Below are positions 58,442-64,000 of a stretch of DNA of 64,000 nt, one piece after another. Position 1 is the first letter of the stretch, and the number at the start of each line of letters is the position of its first letter. The notes beneath the pieces are model-generated. The model worked only from the letters and a program-made list of their open reading frames with translations, was not told the DNA's origin and made no database searches. Location: assembly GCF_964204645.1 (NCBI RefSeq), contig NC_134032.1, positions 6,684,275 to 6,748,274 of the forward strand, written 5' to 3'. A program made the position numbers and the translations under genes. The DNA comes from Tubulanus polymorphus. Taxonomy: Eukaryota; Animalia; Nemertea.

Positions 58442-60318
58442 AAAATAATACAGTGAAGTATTCACACGCAGAAAGGCCAATTGATTTGAGCCATGTGATT
58501 AAATTTGGCCAGGCCTTCTCTGACCTGATGACATTAATAGTCAAACCTAGATCCAAAACGTTCATATGGTCACGGCTTGTATACCAGAAATCATTGTAGG
58601 CCTGTACATTTTGCTGTTCGTAGGTTTGGTATACCGATTTCTTCATTCTTGACTGATAAGTGTACGGTACAGCTGTATGCATTATACAATTGTTCCAATG
58701 GGAATAGGGCCTATTGATTGGGCTTATTATTTCCTGCTTTAGACTACTGAAATGAGCCTAACGTTCATTCAAATATCCAACATCGGTGAAATTTTGATTA
58801 CTGTATACATGTACTGTAGGTTTTTCATGTTGTATTAATATTTTGCAGTTCAAATGAGTATGATGCTGATTCCAATGTCAAACGCATGAAGTTAGATGGA
58901 CAGTCAACACCAAGATATCTCTCTTCGACCGATGTTGCACCATAGAAGATCTGATTCTTTCAACTCAAGCAGTGATTCAACACGATCGACATAACACTGG
59001 AATAGGTTTGCAGTAACTAAACGGTTCATTTCATTTAGTCCTATGTACTTTTTTAGCCAATTTGAATATTATTGTATTGTAACTCTGGAACTGTTAACAA
59101 AAGACAAGTTAAAAAAACACAAGTTATGCCTGATTCTCATGTTCAAATTTAATTCAAATTCAAATTTATTTTATTACATCATATTTACAAAGCATATCAT
59201 TGGTTCATACAGTAATAAAAATTAGGAAAGAACAAATATTATTACAGAATTTTAAAAAAGGCAATGAATTTCTATAACTAAATGAACATTATTTTTCTAA
59301 TAACTCAGAACAAGAGTGACTCTCCCGTTTATTAGGAAACACACGCAACTAGTGGAATAGGTTTGATTTACACACATGTTGCAGGTATCAATTGTTTATC
59401 ACTATAGAATTTGTAATCCATAAAAGCCAAAATCAACATCAGCCGGAAACCCAGACCAGTTCAATTCATAATTTATTGATTGAATCTATACTACAATATA
59501 TGTACATGTATTTATTCAAATATTTCAATAAAAACATTAACTTCTTCAATCTATTCTAAATCATAATACGTTCTTATCTGTAAATTCACTCAATCTATCG
59601 ACTCAGCAGGTGCGAGATGAGTTCTTAATAGGACAGATCCATTTTTAAGCATGGTGATAATACAGTATCATGATGTTTGAATGCCAAAATAAATGCCTGG
59701 TCAAATAGATTAATATTTGTTGATTGTACGTCCGCGTATGTTCGGTTTCAAAGCTGAATCATATTTGACGTTTACACAGTGGTAGCATATTAGGTTCGAA
59801 TCTGTCAATGTATTTTATTCTATGTATCGATATTTCAATTTACTACAATTCCGATCTTTCTGAATGGCTTTTCAGAAAACCCGTCATCGCTGCTTGGCAG
59901 CTATATTTGTATTTTGAGCTCTAGGACAACTCGAGGATCTAACAATATTGACATGTTTGACATGCATCGAAATGTAAAATGGAGGATGGGATCAACCGGT
60001 TACGCCCCAAGTGAGAATACAACCCAAGTTGAAATAGAGTTGCATCTAAAATGCGAACTCTGCTACGACTGAAACGCTGATGTGTTAGTTAATTTGATGG
60101 CGCCAGCTACCGGTGCAAAAATAGTCGAGGCTCGAATTTATCCTTTTTTCATCAGGTTTTTGAACTGATCAAAACAGTAAGCTCATATCGATATGAAATC
60201 TTTAATTAACTAAAATTCACACCATTCATTCTATATTTAAACTTGACATGAGTGGACATTATTCAATGTTGTGGTTGCAGTAGCCAATTAATGTCTATTT
60301 CAACCTGACTTGTGAGAG

Positions 60319-61360
60319 CATTCCTGGTGGCCTAGCTCAGTTAGTTTTAGTAGTACATACCTGATAAAAGTCTTATTAGGACCATTCCTGGTGGCCTAGC
60401 TCAGTTAGTTTTAGTAGTACATACCTGATAAAAGTCTTATTAGGACCAGAATGCATTGGCAGTCGACCTAAATCATCATTTTTTAATCCATTTGAAACTG
60501 TATTGAAGGATATCCAAAAAGTCTTCACTGAAAGGGGTTAAATGAAGAGAAGTGACTCCATGATTTGAAGTTTAACAATATGTTTCCATGCCTACGTATC
60601 AAATTTCAGTTGGTAGGCATAGAAACATATAGTTAAACTTTCAAATCATGGAGTCTCTTTTCTCTCAGGAACCCCTCTCAATGCAGATTTTTTGGATATT
60701 CTTAGGGTTAGGGTTAGGGTTTCGATAGGGTTACAGGGTCCAGGTTAGGGTGAGGTTTTTATTAGGGTTGTGTTTTACCCTTAGGGATAGGGTTAAGGTA
60801 AGGTGAGGCTATATGTTGTCAAAACTTACAGCTGGATTGCGAAAACCTCGGTGGGTCTAGTGGGAATACGTTACGCTTGCAATTTGCTGGTCCGGGTTTG
60901 AATCCTGCTCATGCTCATATTTTCTCTAGGTAGCTCTGTTCTCCACACTTTCCTTCAATTTTCTAAGTCGTCCACCGCAGTGCGCATGCGCAGCGTCAAT
61001 CGGCCAATCAGAACGAGCCATTGGCAAAATATCACCTGCCCTATTTAAAATCTTGACCTGAGAGTACATCAGGTGGCCTAGTTCAGTCAGTTTTGGTAAA
61101 AGTCTTGGTAAAAACTTTGACCCGATAAAGGTCTTATTAGAACCAGAAAGGACTGGCAGTTGACCTAAAACATCGAGTTTAAATCCACCCTTCACTTTAT
61201 TGAAGGATATCCAAAAATGTGTGCATTGAAAGGGGTTAAAAAGAGGAAACAGACTCCATGATGTGAGAGTTTAACAATATGTTACCATGCCTACCAACTG
61301 AAGTTTGGTATATAGGCATGGAAACGTTCGAGTCAATTTTCTCTTTTCAAACCCATTCAA
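60319..61360. repeat. Repeat cluster: 64-bp tandem duplication, palindromic MITE-like family, degenerate TTAGGG and a tRNA-like segment
   Basis: 60319-60447 duplication; 60505-60700 hairpin; similar copies at 61070-61360 and 62485-62565. Confidence 0.65.
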
Positions 61361-62764
61361 TGAAGACTTTTTGGTTTACCTTTGTCGGCGATATGAAGTT
61401 GGCATTGAGCCAATTTCATGTAAAATCGCGGTGCGTTTTTTTATGTGAGCATTTGTTTCATTGGTTCTCGGGTTAAACAACGTATAATAGATGCGCTTGA
61501 AGACATGACGAACCTCCGTCGATGTACATGGTCAACTTTGTTAAAATTCTACGATAAACTGTTTTTGGCGGAAAAATTCTTAGCTCTCGCGTATAAAATT
61601 GCAATTACCTCGATTGGGGGGCGTTGTCTCTACGAGCGAATGTGATTGGCTGTTTTTGGGATATACGGGGAATTCCGGCGCTACTAAAATAGTTATGGGA
61701 AAGCCATAGAATGGCGAACCATTGGACTAGGTGCCGTATTACGTGCAAATTTAAAATGCTCATTGCTGATGAGAATGTAATTATTATTATAGGTATTGTT
61801 TTATTCTAATACCCGGTGATTGATTTGATTGACACTGAAGTGCAAGCGAACATTCACTTACACAAGGCCTCCATGTGTGCGCAGAGTGCTATAGACTGTT
61901 CCATACACAAACACACGCTCTTACAGTATACACTACTATAGTGATACTGTAAACGCTGCGCGTCTGACATTTCATCAACAGGAGATGAGCGCTATGTTTT
62001 CTGTTTGATATAATTTATAATAAATTATAATTTCTTGTGACCTGAAAATATTAAGCAGCAAACTACAAGTATAGGTCGAGGTCTGAATATTGTAGTAGTA
62101 AATTCCAGGATTTAAAACGATCTAATACGCCGATTTCTTACTGCACCGGTTTAGATTCCGCGGCCATACATTGGAAGAGGATTCCAAGACTAAATATTCA
62201 GCCACCCTCGGATATGTGACATCATATGAATTTTATTTGAATATTTTTTCATATTGTGAAAAATATTTCTTTGAAAGTATAAAATAGTTTCCCTGCCGCG
62301 CCTACCTGTACCCTACGAAATGTATATTTTTGGTCTTATTTGACTACAAAATATTTCTTTGAGAAAGATGAAATACAAGATAGAACTTTGAAGTCACGAA
62401 TTTAAAAGATTTTTCAAGCAATGCCCTTACCCCAAACAACCTCTAGCTTTCAAGGTAAACCACACTTTGCCCATGGGCAATTTATTTGATATCCTTCAAT
62501 ACAGTTCAAAATGGATTAAAAATCATATGTTTTAGGTCAACTGCCAGTCCTTTCTGGTCCTAATAAAGCCGGTTCAAGTCCAGGTTAGCGTGGACTAGTT
62601 CACTCAAAGATATATTTTTAAAAAGGAGTAATTCGGCTGTTGTGCACTCAGCTTTCTACCAACATACCGACAAACTGGCATATGACAAAAAATCTTTCAA
62701 AGAGTTATTTGGCTACAAACTTTGCGTTGTTTACTGACATACTGACAAACCGACATACTAATAG

Positions 62765-63012
62765 CCCCTCGATCCAGTCACAGGTAATCCAGGGGAAAAC
62801 CCTGTCCCTCGATCCTAGCAATATTATACAAGGGTAATCCACGCGGCACACAGCACCTCGATCCCAGCCACTTTATATAAGGGTAATCCACGCGACACAG
62901 CACCTCGATCCCAGCCACTTTGTATAAGGGTAATCAGCGCGTCACACAGCACCTCAGCCCCAGCCACTTTGTATAAGGGTAATCCACGCGACACATAGCA
63001 CCTCGATCCCAG
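62765..63012. repeat. Minisatellite, about 48-bp unit
   Basis: agggtaatccacgcg..cacagcacctcgatcccagccacttt, about 5 copies. Confidence 0.88.
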
Positions 63013-64000
63013 TTTCGCAATGTGAATCGCTTTGCTCAGGCATTTCTCCCCTTTCGACAGTTCTGCAATCTCATTGGACAAGTACCGATATTACACACCT
63101 TGACGATAAATCTCTCTGATGCGTCGAGTCCAATCGCGCCCATTCTCGTTCGGACCAACTCAAGAAGCTTTGGAGCAGATATACAACGGGATGATCAACG
63201 ATCACTATGCAGGCACAGACAGTGCTAGTTCTCTTAAATTCCGGATCCTCAATCGGTGACTACCTCTCCGTGTTGGGTGGACGCCAAATATTATCATGAC
63301 GAGTCTGGCGTAGAAAGTCTGGACATCTCAGCCACTGGTCTAGACGATGACTCTCCTTAAGCTGTAGTCCGAAAGAAATGACGTCAACTGGTTCTCCTGT
63401 GAGGAGATGTGGTTACAGCAACTCACATCTGAACTGTCACGTATGATTTCTACTCTATTCACTATGAATGTTCGGAAAGCAACATTTCATTTTTCATGTA
63501 ACACAATTCTATGGTGCTGTCGGTCCGGTAGAAGGTATCTTCTACCTTCAAGTCGATTTCTTGCTGAAGCATATTATTTATCCAGACAGCCATAGTGGCT
63601 GTGGTGAGCTCTAAGCATGGAATTAAGACTTTCTTAACAACCAGGGCAACAGTATCAACAAACCTAAGATACGACGCGGTGCCCTAACCGATAACACAAG
63701 CATCTGAAAAATGATACAGAACATGATGCTACAGAGGCTGCTCGGTTTCAGACTCTCGGAGCTAGGATTGTATTCAACAAAGACACGTCCAACCACTGTT
63801 TCCAGGCAGCGGACTCTGATTCCGGCACGGGTGAGTCCCAGCCTATCTTCACTTCGCATAAGCTTAACCGGTGTAAGATGAGCTTCGCTGGAAGTATTAA
63901 TGGCGAGATGAACCGCATTGGGGTAACATGATGCCACCACTGAAAGTAGCACTCGACGTGACATGGTCTGACTCTTAATGCTGACCTTGAAACTGAAGCT
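63013..64000 (-). mobile_element. BEL/Pao pol remnant (RT C-terminus and RNase H/peptidase A17 region)
   Basis: SRRVLLSVVASCY, LYHFSDAC..G*GTASYLR, IPCLELT, FYRTDSTI, FRTFIVNRVEIIR, with stops and frameshifts. Confidence 0.88.

Overview
AT-rich, repeat-dense eukaryotic (animal, probably invertebrate) genomic DNA; no prokaryotic features. (1) An intact, apparently very young Ty3/Gypsy LTR retrotransposon (1872-10330, minus strand). It has 870-bp LTRs, a TATG target-site duplication (TSD), a tRNA-Thr primer-binding site, a PNMA-like RRM+capsid+CCHC Gag, and a -1 frameshift signal with a predicted pseudoknot into Pol. It sits inside a decayed SLC16/MCT-like transporter exon. (2) A multi-exon + strand gene that the ORF track does not show as a single gene (about 17080-51010): signal peptide, at least 4 divergent PLAT/LH2-like modules built from a repeated phase 1-2-0-1 exon triplet, and a terminal PAN/apple exon. 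Its 3' half appears damaged by TE insertions. (3) A 1.5-kb non-coding Polinton/Maverick-like element (42920-44421) with a 6-bp TSD and hairpin-forming terminal inverted repeats (TIRs). (4) Penelope-like elements with hammerhead motifs, two CR1/L2-group LINEs, BEL/Pao remnants, Helentron-associated (HINE-like) elements, several MITEs, tRNA-derived repeats, minisatellites and a 1.1-kb pure (GT)n. Exon boundaries and family assignments were read by eye, without database searches.
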